Counted from the first letter of the stretch, positions 1-9,532 are shown. The stretch is DNA of 64,000 bases from Candidatus Nomurabacteria bacterium (GCA_963842815.1 CAWJHU010000001.1:264708-328707); one strand, 5' to 3'. Numbers and translations are program-made. The notes: generated by a model not told the origin, from the sequence alone.

Positions 1-698
1 GAAATTAATCCGCCCTTTCTTTTTTTTATCGGCAAGTCTTCTTCCTCCCCGCCTGCATCAGCTATGATGAAAGCATTGCGGGCAGGCTCTTCCTCCTTAA
101 CTTTAATTTTTTCCTCCTTGGTTATGGACTTTTCCACTTCTTTTTCTTCATCTTCATTTAGAGTTGATTCGGGTTTCTCTTTTTTTCTTCTGATAAAATT
201 CCAAATATTTTTCAAAAATGGGGCAAGGTCAGGTCTTGCGTCAAACATTACCAGAATTGAAATTATTAAAATTGCGCCCAGGAAAATTATGCTTGCATAA
301 ACATCAAAAAGAGAAACAAAAGGTGTTGATAAAATTCTCCCCAAAAGTCCGCCGGCATGTTCCTGCGAAACCACATCTATCATGCCGAGGCCGGAAAGCA
401 AAAACATTGTTCCGCTCAGGGCGCGGGTCCATCCGATGTTCGGAGTTTCTGATTTTATAAACGAAAACCCAAGCAGGAGAAAAAGAAGAGGAAGAAGAAT
501 ATATCCAATGCCCAAAAAATAATCCAAAATCTCGTAAGCATTTTTGCCGGCGACTCCTCCCATATCAAACATAGACATGAAAAGAAATAGTGCCAACACG
601 AAGAAAAGAATTGCCCAAATGGTGTGCTTGGTTTCGGTTTTTAATTTATTTATTGAGGAGTTATTTTTAGAAAATTTCTGCTTGTCTTTTTTTGCCAT
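1..698 (-). CDS. FtsK/SpoIIIE-family DNA translocase, N-terminal polytopic membrane domain plus acidic/Lys-rich linker (partial; ATPase domain would lie beyond position 1)
   Basis: Reverse-strand ATG at 698-696 opens a stop-free frame to the window edge (MAKKDKQKFSKNNSSINKLKTETKHTIWAILFFVLALFLFMSMFDMGGVAGKNAYEILDYFLGIGYILLPLLFLLLGF...). Several hydrophobic helices are followed by a charged linker, as in FtsK N-termini. It is absent from the ORF track because no stop falls in the window. Confidence 0.45.
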   Translation of the reverse strand, partial: MAKKDKQKFSKNNSSINKLKTETKHTIWAILFFVLALFLFMSMFDMGGVAGKNAYEILDYFLGIGYILLPLLFLLLGFSFIKSETPNIGWTRALSGTMFLLSGLGMIDVVSQEHAGGLLGRILSTPFVSLFDVYASIIFLGAILIISILVMFDARPDLAPFLKNIWNFIRRKKEKPESTLNEDEEKEVEKSITKEEKIKVKEEEPARNAFIIADAGGEEEDLPIKKRKGGLI

Positions 699-882
699 AC
701 AGCTATTTTAACACAAATTACCCATATCAAAAAGACAGATTATTATTTTATACTGCACGGATATTTTTTTGCTAAAAAATTCCTCGTGCTCGCGCCGTCG
801 CGCTCCCAAGGCAGTCTTAAACAACAATCTGTCTTTTTTAAAATTTGTATTTTTGCTTGCATTTTTATTTGTCCTATATATA

Positions 883-1716
883 ATGGACAGCATGTTAGGG
901 GAAAATAAAAACCTAAAAGACACCTCTAAAGATTCCATAAAAGACACTTCTTCTGCCTCCACTTCTTTGACTATGCCTTGGCGAGACCAAGCAGGGTATT
1001 TTAATAAAATAAACAAACTCATTACTGCCCTCTACATAGTAACAGACACGATGGAAAAAGATGAGCCACTGCGTCTAAAGTTAAGGACATTTGGAGTTGA
1101 AATTCTATCAGACATTGCTTCCTTGCCCAAAGGGACATTTGGCAACCTTGATGAAAAAATTACTGCAATTTTGTCCCTTTTGAATATTGCTTTTGACGTT
1201 AGAATGGTCTCTGAAATGAACTTCAATATCCTCAAAAAAGAGTTTTTGGAAATGAAGCAATCTATCCAAGAATTCACTAAACGCAATAATGCTTGGCTGG
1301 AAGAGTTCATAAATACTTCCTCTCCTTTTCAGGGGAAGACTGAGGAGGGGTTCTTGAAAAATTCACCTCACCCCAACCCTCTCCTGATAAAGGAGAGGGG
1401 GCAAGAAATTTCTAAAGGACAGGGTACCAGAATCGGTGTCCAAAAGGGAAGTACTTTAATGAAAGCTTTAAACAAGGTTGAAAGTGGAAATAACAATTTT
1501 GAAATAATAAAGAAGCAAAGAAGAGAATCAATAATAAAAATCATAAAAAATAAACCTATCGGCGCAAGCATAAAGGACATCATTCTTGCCGTTAGAAATC
1601 TCGGAGAAGAGATGGGAGAGAAAACCCTTCAAAGGGAGCTTGTCTCTATGGTAAAGGACAATGTCCTTAAGAAAACCGGAGAGAAACGTTGGTCTCTATA
1701 TTTTATAAATAGTTAG
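883..1716 (+). CDS. hypothetical protein with C-terminal winged-helix-like segment; carries an in-frame REP-A palindrome (alternative upstream start at 769)
   Basis: ORF 769..1716 in the track. ATG at 883 lies directly after TATATAAT; the C-terminus (GASIKDIILAVRNLGEEMGEKTLQRELVSMVKDNVLKKTGEKRWSLYFI) looks like a wHTH. Residues NSPHPNPLLIKERGQ are encoded by the palindromic repeat at 1366-1401. Confidence 0.4.
   Translation: MDSMLGENKNLKDTSKDSIKDTSSASTSLTMPWRDQAGYFNKINKLITALYIVTDTMEKDEPLRLKLRTFGVEILSDIASLPKGTFGNLDEKITAILSLLNIAFDVRMVSEMNFNILKKEFLEMKQSIQEFTKRNNAWLEEFINTSSPFQGKTEEGFLKNSPHPNPLLIKERGQEISKGQGTRIGVQKGSTLMKALNKVESGNNNFEIIKKQRRESIIKIIKNKPIGASIKDIILAVRNLGEEMGEKTLQRELVSMVKDNVLKKTGEKRWSLYFINS
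1366..1401. repeat. REP-A nested palindrome copy (CCTCACCC..CCCTCTCC-loop-GGAGAGGG), in-frame inside CDS 883..1716
   Basis: cacctcaccccaaccctctcctgataaaggagaggggg shares its core with copies at 5871, 6010, 6591 and 21676. Confidence 0.6.
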
Positions 1717-2098
1717 GGCCTAAATTATTTATTTTAAAAACCGCGCATATTTGCCTGTTGGCAAATTGCTATGCTCGGCTACCCGCCTGCGCAATGCTTT
1801 TTAAAACAAACAATTTAGGCCCTATAAAAGCACCTTTTTGGGCCGTTTCCCCGTATACTCTTAAAGAGCCCGAATGACATAGTTTTTTATATTTGCATTT
1901 TAACTAAAATTATGTAAAAATAGGCTTATGGATACATGGCTTTTTAAAGCCTAATTTCGTCAAGAAAAACGAGCTTGCTCCTTTTGGGCGAGTTATCCAC
2001 ATAATATGTTGCTCTTCCTTAGAGCTATATATTATAATGTTTGAGTGATTACAGGTTATGCACTGAGAAGTGTGTTCTGTATTCGCAAATTGTATTTG

Positions 2099-2140
2099 TT
2101 TTCGTTCACGATTACATCGAAATAATCGTGAACGAAAACA
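2099..2140. repeat. 16-bp perfect inverted repeat hairpin (TTTTCGTTCACGATTA / TAATCGTGAACGAAAA, 8-nt loop) in a 640-bp intergenic region
   Basis: Read directly from the sequence at 2099-2140, upstream of the large surface-protein gene; candidate regulatory or ncRNA structure. Confidence 0.4.
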
Positions 2141-2356
2141 ACCAATCAAAGGTCGCAATTTTTGATTGGCTAAGGGCATGGTCATTGAAAATAAAATAGT
2201 TTTTTGTTTTCAATGTATTAGTTTAAATCTGTTCATTGTTTGATGTCCGTCGCATTATTAATTGTTTTAATTATAAGTTATAGGCGGATAAAAAATAATG
2301 ATAGAAAAATACGCTTTTAGTTTTGTCGAAACTAATTAATGGCGTAGAAAAAAAAT

Positions 2357-5300
2357 ATGAGTAAATTATTAAAAACAAAATTTCTTCTTGGAATTGCGAT
2401 ATTCGCACTTGCTGCTGTTGTAACAACTTCAGCTAATGCCGCTATCACTTCCACATTGAAGAAAGGAATGAGAAGCGCTCAAGTCACAGAACTTCAGAAA
2501 GACTTGAACGTAACTCCAGCTACAGGTTACTTTGGTAATCTTACGTTAGCTGCAGTCAAGGCTTTTCAATCAGCTCACGGTTTAACCGCTGATGGAATCT
2601 TTGGCGCAAAGTCTCGTGCGGTATTATCAGGTGGTACAGTTTCAACTACGTTTCCGGCAGGTTGCACGTCAACCGCAGGATTCAGTTCTCTAACTGGCAC
2701 TCCATGCAATGGCAGCACGAGCACTGTAGTTTCAAATCCTACAGGTCCTCTATCAGTGCAATTAGCTTCTGACAACCCAGCTTCCGGAGTGTTGGTCGGA
2801 GGTCAAGCAACAGGAGACTTGATGCATTTTACTTTCAGCGGTTCTGGAACAATCAACAACATTACACTTCAACGCACAGGTATTACAGCAAACACTGCTC
2901 TTACAAATGTATACCTTTACAATGGAGCATCTCGCATTACAGACTCAGCTTCTGTTAATACGAACGGTGTGATTAGTTTCAACGGTGTCAATTTCCCAGT
3001 AAATGGTTCAGCAGTTATTTCTGTCAAAGCTGATATTGATTCCACCTTGACTGGCGGAACAGTCGGCGTAGCTCTTACTGGTTACACAGTAGCCGGTTCA
3101 ACTAGCGCTACAGTAGCAAATATCTCTGGTAACTTAATGAGCATTACTACAGGAACAAATATCCTCGGTAGTGTTAATTTTTCCACGATAGCTGGCACTA
3201 CTCCTGCTGTTAATGCCGGAGTTTCCCAATATATTCTTTGGACTGATTCAGTACAAGTTAGTACTCACTCCGTCTTAGTGAAGAGCGCGTCTTTCCACTT
3301 TGTCGGTTCAGCTCCAACTGATTCATTGGCAAATGTTGGACTCTTTATTGATGGATCTAAAGTCGCATCTTCAACCGGTATAAATTCACTCGGTTATGTG
3401 GTGTTTGACTTAAGTTCAGTTCCATTCAGTCTAGCGACTGGTTCGCACACAGTGGATGTTCGAGGTGATATCATTAAAGGTTCTTACAGAAGCATTCAAC
3501 TCACTTTGCAGAATGCCGGTGACTTCATGGCTACCGATTCTCAAATTGGCGTAAACATTGCTTCCAAATACAACAACTTGGCGTTTGCCCCAGCTGCTGG
3601 CCCAGCCATCAGTGTCAATCAGGGAACGCTTTCTTTCCAACTTGATCCTACCTTCACTACCATGACAAATGTCACAGGTGGCGCAACCAATGCTTTGATT
3701 GGTAAATACACAGTCTCAGCTTACGGGGAAGATATGAAGATTCAGACTATTGTGCTTACTCCTACCCTTGCTGGTACGGACAATACAAGCGCAAGAAGCA
3801 TAAATAATGTTCAGCTCTTCTACAACGGTTCACAAGTTGGTTCAGCTCAGAGTTATGTATCTACAGCTCTTACCTTTAACCTTGGATCTTCCTTTATTGT
3901 TCCAGCCGGAACAGTTGGCACATTTGAGGTTCATGCGGATATGATAGATGCAGGTGGTGACAATTACATTACTGATACGATTCAAGTCACTTCAGCATCT
4001 GTCACAGTTGCTCAAGGTATGAATTCACTTCAGACGACTACTGCAGCTATCCCTGATTCTACAATCTTGACTGCTGTAACAGGAACACTTTCTGTTGCCG
4101 CAAACAGTGGATATACAGCACAGTCATTCAATCCAAACACAGCTAATGCGAAGATTGCATCATTTGTTCTTCAAAATCAGACTTCTTCTGAGTCAGTTCG
4201 TGTTACGAACTTGAAGATAGGAGTAACTGAAACAGATGCAACTTCCACAAACCTTACAAACTTGAAGACATCTGAAACATCCGGTTCAGGAGCAACTCCA
4301 ATCGCTCTTGCCACAGCAGCTTCTACTGTTGAATCAGTAAACAACTTCTCAGTTGACTTTACTCTTGCACCAGGTGCAACTAAAGTAGTTGATGTGTTTG
4401 CTGATATCGGTGCTGATGTTGCTAATACCATAGCTACCCGTTTATCGGTTACAGCTCGTGGAGCAAGTTCAAATGTTAGTGCTGATCAAAACGATAAAGC
4501 AGGACAAGCCATTACTGTCGCTACTGGAACATTCGCAAACGCAGGAGTAGTTATCTCTTCTACCTCACAACCACAACTCGTGGCTGCTGGTAGTACAGGT
4601 GCTACTGATGCTACAGTTGCAACATACAACTTCAAGTCAGCAAGCGGTTCAGCAACCGTTTCTGAACTTAAGTTCTTGATTACGACCACAGGTGCTCATC
4701 TTTCCGTATCTTCAGTTCGTGTCGGTTCAGTTAGCGCTCCTGTCGTATCAAATATTGCTTACTTGACTAGTCTTAACATCGCAGTTCCAAATGGAGGCTC
4801 CGGTGTTAATGTCCCTGTCTACTTCACTTATGGTCCTGTAGGTACAAACGGAAACACTTCCGGTGATACATCCGAAGTTGAAATGACATACATTAAATAC
4901 ACAGTTGGTGGAACAACTGGTACATTAGTAGGTGGTAGTGCAACTGCAGGGGCAACAGCCGCTGCTACTGGCACTTTGCTTGCAACAGCAACCGCAGGAA
5001 CATTGCCTGCACTTCTCGCAACGGCAGCCGATATTACTGTTAGTTCAAATGCATTATTGCAACCGGGTATGAGGGTTATCGTTTATAACTCTTCCGTCTC
5101 TGCTACTATTCCTGATTCTATCGCTGAAGTTCAATCGCTTTCAGGCACAGCACATGTAAATCTTGTAAGCTTGAAATTAGGTACAGCTGCTCTTGGTGCT
5201 ACATCTACTCTTAACTTCTTCTCAGTACCTATGAACCCAACTTATCCATCTGTTTCAGGTGGAGTTGCTACAGTTGGAAATGGTAAGAGTCGCGATATGG

Positions 5301-5857
5301 CTGGAATTACGGTATTAGGTGGTTCTACTTCTGGTCTTGCTGCTATGCAAATAGTAGGTTCTAAGCCATCTTTGGCAGTCATTGATGCAACCACTTTGCT
5401 TACCAATGGTTTGGTAAAAGTCGGTTCAGTTTCAGTTGCCGCGGATCCTAAGGGTGATATCTCAGTAAGTGCGATTCCTCTTCTCTTCGCTTCAACTGGA
5501 AATGTAGCATCTACTTTGGCAAATGATGGAACGATTGTAGTAAAGAATGCTGCTGATAACAGTACTATTTCTACATCGATTACCGATATCCATGTCTTAA
5601 CAGGAGGGCTAACCGATGGTACCGCAACAGTCAACTTTACTGGTGGTTACACAGTAACCGCTGGCAACACTGTTACCTTTGATATCTATGTCAATACGAC
5701 TGGTGTCACAGGCGGTCCTAGCGCAAATGCTCTATCAATGAAGCTTGGTACAAACACTTCATTCGTATGGACAGATATTGCTGGAAGTGCTACAAGCACA
5801 ACCACAGGTAAACTTATCTACAACTACCCAACCAACTCTTCAGTCATTAACGACTAA
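2357..5857 (+). CDS. large secreted surface protein: signal peptide, N-terminal peptidoglycan-binding (PG_binding_1-like) domain, Cys-bounded loop motif, then ~1000 aa Thr/Ser/Gly/Ala-rich repetitive beta-rich region
   Basis: 1166-aa ORF with N-terminal hydrophobic leader. LKKGMRSAQVTELQKDLNVTPATGYFGNLTLAAVKAFQSAHGLTADGIFGAKS matches the PG-binding fold; GCTSTAGFSSLTGTPC motif follows; then low-complexity repetitive sequence. Confidence 0.65.
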   Translation: MSKLLKTKFLLGIAIFALAAVVTTSANAAITSTLKKGMRSAQVTELQKDLNVTPATGYFGNLTLAAVKAFQSAHGLTADGIFGAKSRAVLSGGTVSTTFPAGCTSTAGFSSLTGTPCNGSTSTVVSNPTGPLSVQLASDNPASGVLVGGQATGDLMHFTFSGSGTINNITLQRTGITANTALTNVYLYNGASRITDSASVNTNGVISFNGVNFPVNGSAVISVKADIDSTLTGGTVGVALTGYTVAGSTSATVANISGNLMSITTGTNILGSVNFSTIAGTTPAVNAGVSQYILWTDSVQVSTHSVLVKSASFHFVGSAPTDSLANVGLFIDGSKVASSTGINSLGYVVFDLSSVPFSLATGSHTVDVRGDIIKGSYRSIQLTLQNAGDFMATDSQIGVNIASKYNNLAFAPAAGPAISVNQGTLSFQLDPTFTTMTNVTGGATNALIGKYTVSAYGEDMKIQTIVLTPTLAGTDNTSARSINNVQLFYNGSQVGSAQSYVSTALTFNLGSSFIVPAGTVGTFEVHADMIDAGGDNYITDTIQVTSASVTVAQGMNSLQTTTAAIPDSTILTAVTGTLSVAANSGYTAQSFNPNTANAKIASFVLQNQTSSESVRVTNLKIGVTETDATSTNLTNLKTSETSGSGATPIALATAASTVESVNNFSVDFTLAPGATKVVDVFADIGADVANTIATRLSVTARGASSNVSADQNDKAGQAITVATGTFANAGVVISSTSQPQLVAAGSTGATDATVATYNFKSASGSATVSELKFLITTTGAHLSVSSVRVGSVSAPVVSNIAYLTSLNIAVPNGGSGVNVPVYFTYGPVGTNGNTSGDTSEVEMTYIKYTVGGTTGTLVGGSATAGATAAATGTLLATATAGTLPALLATAADITVSSNALLQPGMRVIVYNSSVSATIPDSIAEVQSLSGTAHVNLVSLKLGTAALGATSTLNFFSVPMNPTYPSVSGGVATVGNGKSRDMAGITVLGGSTSGLAAMQIVGSKPSLAVIDATTLLTNGLVKVGSVSVAADPKGDISVSAIPLLFASTGNVASTLANDGTIVVKNAADNSTISTSITDIHVLTGGLTDGTATVNFTGGYTVTAGNTVTFDIYVNTTGVTGGPSANALSMKLGTNTSFVWTDIAGSATSTTTGKLIYNYPTNSSVIND

Positions 5858-5870
5858 CAAGTTAGATTTA

Positions 5871-5915
5871 CCTCTCCCAACCCTCTCCTTATTAAGGAGA
5901 GGGCGAAGGGTGAGG
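5871..5915. repeat. REP-A nested palindrome copy
   Basis: cctctcccaaccctctccttattaaggagagggcgaagggtgagg lies immediately downstream of the stop of the 2357..5857 gene. Confidence 0.6.
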
Positions 5916-5980
5916 TCGGGAGTTTAGAATCTTAGTAAATAAATAGCATTAAGTAGTCGATTACTTAAAGCACAAAAAAA

Positions 5981-6006
5981 ACCACCCTTCGGGGTGGTTT
6001 TTTTGT
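5981..6006 (+). terminator. Rho-independent terminator (ACCACCC-TTCG-GGGTGGT + T-run)
   Basis: GC-rich 7-bp stem with a TTCG loop followed by ten T-rich bases. Confidence 0.7.
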
Positions 6007-6009
6007 TTG

Positions 6010-6074
6010 CCTCACCCGGCATTCTGCCACCCTCTCCATTTTAATAAAACGGAGAGGGGAAAAGGGGGGTGAGG
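6010..6074. repeat. REP-A nested palindrome copy (full form: CCTCACCC...CCCTCTCC A/T-loop GGAGAGGG...GGGTGAGG)
   Basis: cctcacccggcattctgccaccctctccattttaataaaacggagaggggaaaaggggggtgagg. Confidence 0.6.
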
Positions 6075-6181
6075 TATATTTTCGGGGAAAGGTCTTGCCT
6101 TAAAGAGAGCCCAAAGGCAAGTCCTTGAGGAGAAAATGAGTTAATTTGCGTTTTTTATTTGTGTTATGATATACTTTAAAT

Positions 6182-6397
6182 ATGGTTAAACATAATTTTA
6201 CAGCTGTATACAAAAAAAGTGGAAAATGGTTTTTAGGTTGGGTAGAAGAAATTCCTGGCGTTAATACTCAAGGAAAAACCCTAAAAGAAACAAAAGCAAA
6301 TTTACTTGAAGCAACCAAATTAATCATTGAAACAAATCGTTCTATAAATACCAAGCAAAGGAACCTTATAAAAGAACCTTTGATTTTCGCTTTTTAA
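6182..6397 (+). CDS. hicB: HicB-family antitoxin (UPF0150-type N-terminal domain only)
   Basis: 71 aa; FTAVYKKSGKWFLGWVEEIPGVNTQGKTLKETKANLLEATKLIIE matches the HicB/UPF0150 pattern (Y.A...E..GGy.a.vPdlPGc.TqGdTleEa..nl.eAi). A HicA-like gene follows after a 4-bp gap. Confidence 0.6.
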   Translation: MVKHNFTAVYKKSGKWFLGWVEEIPGVNTQGKTLKETKANLLEATKLIIETNRSINTKQRNLIKEPLIFAF

Positions 6398-6401
6398 GAG
6401 T

Positions 6402-6587
6402 ATGAAAAGAATTGATTTTTTAAAATTCATAACCAAACAGGGTTGTGTTTTTCTTCGTCAAGGGGCTAAGCATAGTGTTTATTTTAACCCTATGACAAAC
6501 AGGTCTTCAACAATACCAAGACACAACGAAATTGATAATTTTCTCGTCAAAAAAATCAGCAATGATTTAGGAATACCCAAACCATAG
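6402..6587 (+). CDS. hicA: HicA-family mRNA-interferase toxin
   Basis: 61 aa; ...FLKFITKQGCVFLRQGAKHSVYFNP...STIPRHNEID...ISNDLGIP matches the HicA/YcfA pattern (l..l.k.Gw.lvRqkGSHh.f.hp...g..tvP.H...). Confidence 0.6.
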   Translation: MKRIDFLKFITKQGCVFLRQGAKHSVYFNPMTNRSSTIPRHNEIDNFLVKKISNDLGIPKP

Positions 6588-6590
6588 AAT

Positions 6591-6637
6591 CCCCCTCCTT
6601 TACCACCCCCAACCCCCTCCTTAATTAAGGAGGGAAG
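6591..6637. repeat. REP-A variant palindrome (CCCCCTCC-TTAATTAA-GGAGGG)
   Basis: ccccctcctttaccacccccaaccccctccttaattaaggagggaag lies directly after the hicA stop. Confidence 0.5.
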
Positions 6638-6857
6638 TTATCCACATATCATATTTCACCTCATTTTTTAATGATTATGCTATAATATATGCGTCGAGTT
6701 TTGTGCTCAAAAACTTTAGATTTTATTATTTATTAACAAATTTAGAATATGAATCCCGTTAGAAATTCGCTAATCGGGAGAATATTATAAACATAAAAAT
6801 TATCTGTCTTTATGTATATGGAAATTATATGTACGGATGGTATGATTTCTAAACGGG

Positions 6858-9446
6858 ATGAAATTAACTTTAAAAAACGTTTTTCTTTCGGTCGGAATTT
6901 TCGCTTTCACTCTTGCCTTGGCTGGAGCTATTTCAGTAAACCAAGCGCAAGCGGCAGCGCTATGTACAGCTAAAGCTATTGGCGTTTGGAGTGCGTCTAC
7001 TACGTGGACTTGTACCGGTACTACTGATACCACTCCAACTGCAAGTGACCCTGTAGTAATTGCTTCCGGTTTTACTGTGACTGTGGATGGAATGGATGCC
7101 GCTGCGTCTGTTAATATTAACAATGCCGGAGCAGCCACGGGCATAACTATTAGTGGTGGAAATTCTCTCACAGTATCGGGTGCAGTAAACTTAAACGCTC
7201 CATCAGCGGGAGGTACTACTACTCTGGCTGTTGGTATCGGCACATTAACTGTCGGCACCGTCGGCACTCCGGCTAATTTGACTATTACCGCAGGAGATGC
7301 AACTGAAATTTCAACTGTCACTCTTGGCACTACTGGAACCATAACTGTTCACGGCAGTATTGCTTTCGGCGGAGATGCTACGGCTGCCAGATTAGCCGTC
7401 ACAGGCGCCGGCGCAATTAGCGTCACGGGAGATTTTGGTTCTAATGGAACTTTAACTGGTGGCACTAGTACGATTACTTTTAACGGAACCGGCGCCCAAG
7501 CAATGGGAACTTACACAACATACAAAAATGTTACTATTGCCGGAACTGCTAACACAGTAACTGCAGCTGGGGCAACAACTGTTGGTACTGTACTTACTGT
7601 TACGACCGGTACTTTAGATTTGGCGGACAGTACCTTTACGGTAACGGGAGCCACAAGTATTGCCAGCGGAGGAACATTAAAATTTTCTTCTCCAACCAAC
7701 CTTAAAACTTTCACGGGTGATGTAACTAACGCAGGCATTTGGAATGAAACAGCTGCTACTGCTATTACTTTTGCCGGCAGTTTGACTAATACCGGTACAT
7801 ATACAGCAAGCTCAGGTGTACATACATTTTCTGGAGGAAGTAAAACTATTACCGGCACCGGAACTGCTGCTATTTCCATTCCAAATTTGACTATTTCCGG
7901 AGCAACAACTAATAGTGGTATATTAACCGTTTCCGCTGATTTGGCTGGTGCTAGCTCTTTGACGAATGACGCGGGAGCTACTCTAAATATCGGAGGTGTT
8001 TCAGATATCACTACTCTCATTCCAGCGGCAAGCGCCAATACTATTAATTATAATGGTACAGGACAAACCGTACACGCGGCAGGCACCAATGCTTACTGGC
8101 ACTTAGGTTTCGGTGGTACAGGAGCAATTGCTCTTCCAGGTTCGGTTGGCGGAATAAGCGGGAATTTGGAACTTTCTAATACAGCTAATTTAACTACGGG
8201 GGCTAATCTCACAATCGCAGGCACAGTACACGTTGCCACTGGGAGCACTCTCACTGTCGGAGCATATACTCTTTCCGTTGGTGGAACTACTACTATTGAC
8301 CAGAACGGGTCATTAGTATTTTCATCAGTTACCAACCCTGGCAAAACTTTCACAGGCGCGGTTACGGTCAATGGTGTTTGGAATGAAGCGTACGCTGTTA
8401 CTCCAACCTTTCATGCCGGTTTGACGAACAATGCTACCACATGGACAGCAAGCACCGGAGTACACACATTCAACGGAACTGCTCAAATTATTACTGGGAA
8501 TACTGCCACGGTTATTCCAAGTGTAACTATTACCGGAACAACAACCAATAATGGGACATTAACTGTCGGCACGGCTTTGGTTTGCACGGCAGCCCTCACT
8601 AACGGCACTACTGGTGTTTTGAATATCGGTGGCACGTCTTCCGGTACATTGGCGGCAGCTACATCTGGCAACACTGTTGTTTACTATAAAACTGACGTGC
8701 AGACAGTTTTGGCGCCATCAACAAGTTATTACAATCTTACTTTGAATGGCACTGGAGACAAAACTCTTACTAACATCGCAGTCTCTAACACGCTAACTGT
8801 AAGTGGAGCAATAGCGGATTTGGAAACCACGGGTTCAACAGCCAAATATTTGACATTAGGAAATGTTTTGATGCGCGCAGGTGTTTGGGGCGCAACTGGC
8901 TCTGGCGCAACTTATGTAAATGATACTTATTTTTACGGCAACGCAAAACTTACAGTTGCCTCTGGTAGAAAAATTTCCGCTACGGGAGATATAGATACAA
9001 CTCCTACACCAACAGTTACAAGTTCAGGTACAACAACAACCACTACCACCACAACAACCACCCCAACTACGACAACTACCACTACGGCAACTGCTCCAGG
9101 TCTTATTATCACTGCAGTTCCAAATGCAGTAGCCATCCCCGGCTGTGACAATAGGACCACTGGCTTCAGCACCACCACCGGCGTATCCTGCGCAGGAAAC
9201 GCAGGCACGGGCGTAACAGCTACTTACAACCTCGGTACGGTCACCTTGAAAAACGGAAGCAGAGGAGCAGCCGTTATGGAATTGCAAAGATTCCTGAATG
9301 ATAAATTAAGTCTAGGCTTGGCAGTAGATGGGAAACTAGGCCCGAAGACAATTGCTGTCATCAAGAAATGGCAAAAAGCCCAAGGCTTGGTAGCCGATGG
9401 TCTTGTGGGAGCGAAGACTAAAGCGAAAATGCTCGCAACTCAATAA
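6858..9446 (+). CDS. large secreted surface protein: signal peptide, long Gly/Thr/Ala-rich parallel-beta-helix-like repeats, poly-Thr linker, Cys-bounded motif and C-terminal peptidoglycan-binding domain
   Basis: 862-aa ORF. Repeated TVTGA../TLNIGG.. units; TTTTTTTTTTTPTTTTTTTATAP linker encoded at 9040-9100; GCDNRTTGFSTTTGVSC motif; C-terminal LKNGSRGAAVMELQRFLNDKLSLGLAVDGKLGPKTIAVIKKWQKAQGLVADGLVGAKT reads as PG_binding_1-like. Confidence 0.65.
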   Translation: MKLTLKNVFLSVGIFAFTLALAGAISVNQAQAAALCTAKAIGVWSASTTWTCTGTTDTTPTASDPVVIASGFTVTVDGMDAAASVNINNAGAATGITISGGNSLTVSGAVNLNAPSAGGTTTLAVGIGTLTVGTVGTPANLTITAGDATEISTVTLGTTGTITVHGSIAFGGDATAARLAVTGAGAISVTGDFGSNGTLTGGTSTITFNGTGAQAMGTYTTYKNVTIAGTANTVTAAGATTVGTVLTVTTGTLDLADSTFTVTGATSIASGGTLKFSSPTNLKTFTGDVTNAGIWNETAATAITFAGSLTNTGTYTASSGVHTFSGGSKTITGTGTAAISIPNLTISGATTNSGILTVSADLAGASSLTNDAGATLNIGGVSDITTLIPAASANTINYNGTGQTVHAAGTNAYWHLGFGGTGAIALPGSVGGISGNLELSNTANLTTGANLTIAGTVHVATGSTLTVGAYTLSVGGTTTIDQNGSLVFSSVTNPGKTFTGAVTVNGVWNEAYAVTPTFHAGLTNNATTWTASTGVHTFNGTAQIITGNTATVIPSVTITGTTTNNGTLTVGTALVCTAALTNGTTGVLNIGGTSSGTLAAATSGNTVVYYKTDVQTVLAPSTSYYNLTLNGTGDKTLTNIAVSNTLTVSGAIADLETTGSTAKYLTLGNVLMRAGVWGATGSGATYVNDTYFYGNAKLTVASGRKISATGDIDTTPTPTVTSSGTTTTTTTTTTTPTTTTTTTATAPGLIITAVPNAVAIPGCDNRTTGFSTTTGVSCAGNAGTGVTATYNLGTVTLKNGSRGAAVMELQRFLNDKLSLGLAVDGKLGPKTIAVIKKWQKAQGLVADGLVGAKTKAKMLATQ

Positions 9447-9465
9447 TTATTATTAGAAACAATTT

Positions 9466-9486
9466 CCCCTGACCCTGGGTCAGGGG
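9466..9486. repeat. REP-B palindrome copy (CCCCTGACCCTGGGTCAGGGG) followed by T-run; likely also acts as terminator
   Basis: Perfect 21-bp palindrome 20 bp after the stop at 9446, followed by attttgttttgtt. Confidence 0.7.
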
Positions 9487-9532
9487 ATTTTGTTTTGTTG
9501 CCTTTTTTAATTTTTTTGGTATAATAACCACT

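Noticed and set aside
64-1310. Short ORFs 64..300 (+), 218..460 (+), 708..1022 (-) and 1032..1310 (-)
   Set aside because: The first two are antisense to the FtsK-like frame that runs to the window edge. The latter two overlap the 883..1716 gene on the opposite strand, with low-complexity translations.
6800-8674. Minus-strand ORFs 6800..7342, 7511..8038, 8093..8371 and 8483..8674 inside the 6858..9446 surface-protein gene
   Set aside because: They are antisense reading frames of a repetitive, codon-biased Thr/Gly/Ala-rich gene. Their Pro/Val-rich translations are typical of reverse-frame artefacts, not independent genes.
9024-9287. Possible tandem repeat or CRISPR-like array at the Thr-codon run 9040-9100 and the Gly-codon run 30120-30215
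   Set aside because: These are in-frame low-complexity coding tracts (poly-Thr linker; Gly-rich tail of the TPM protein). They have no repeat-spacer periodicity, and no cas genes are nearby.
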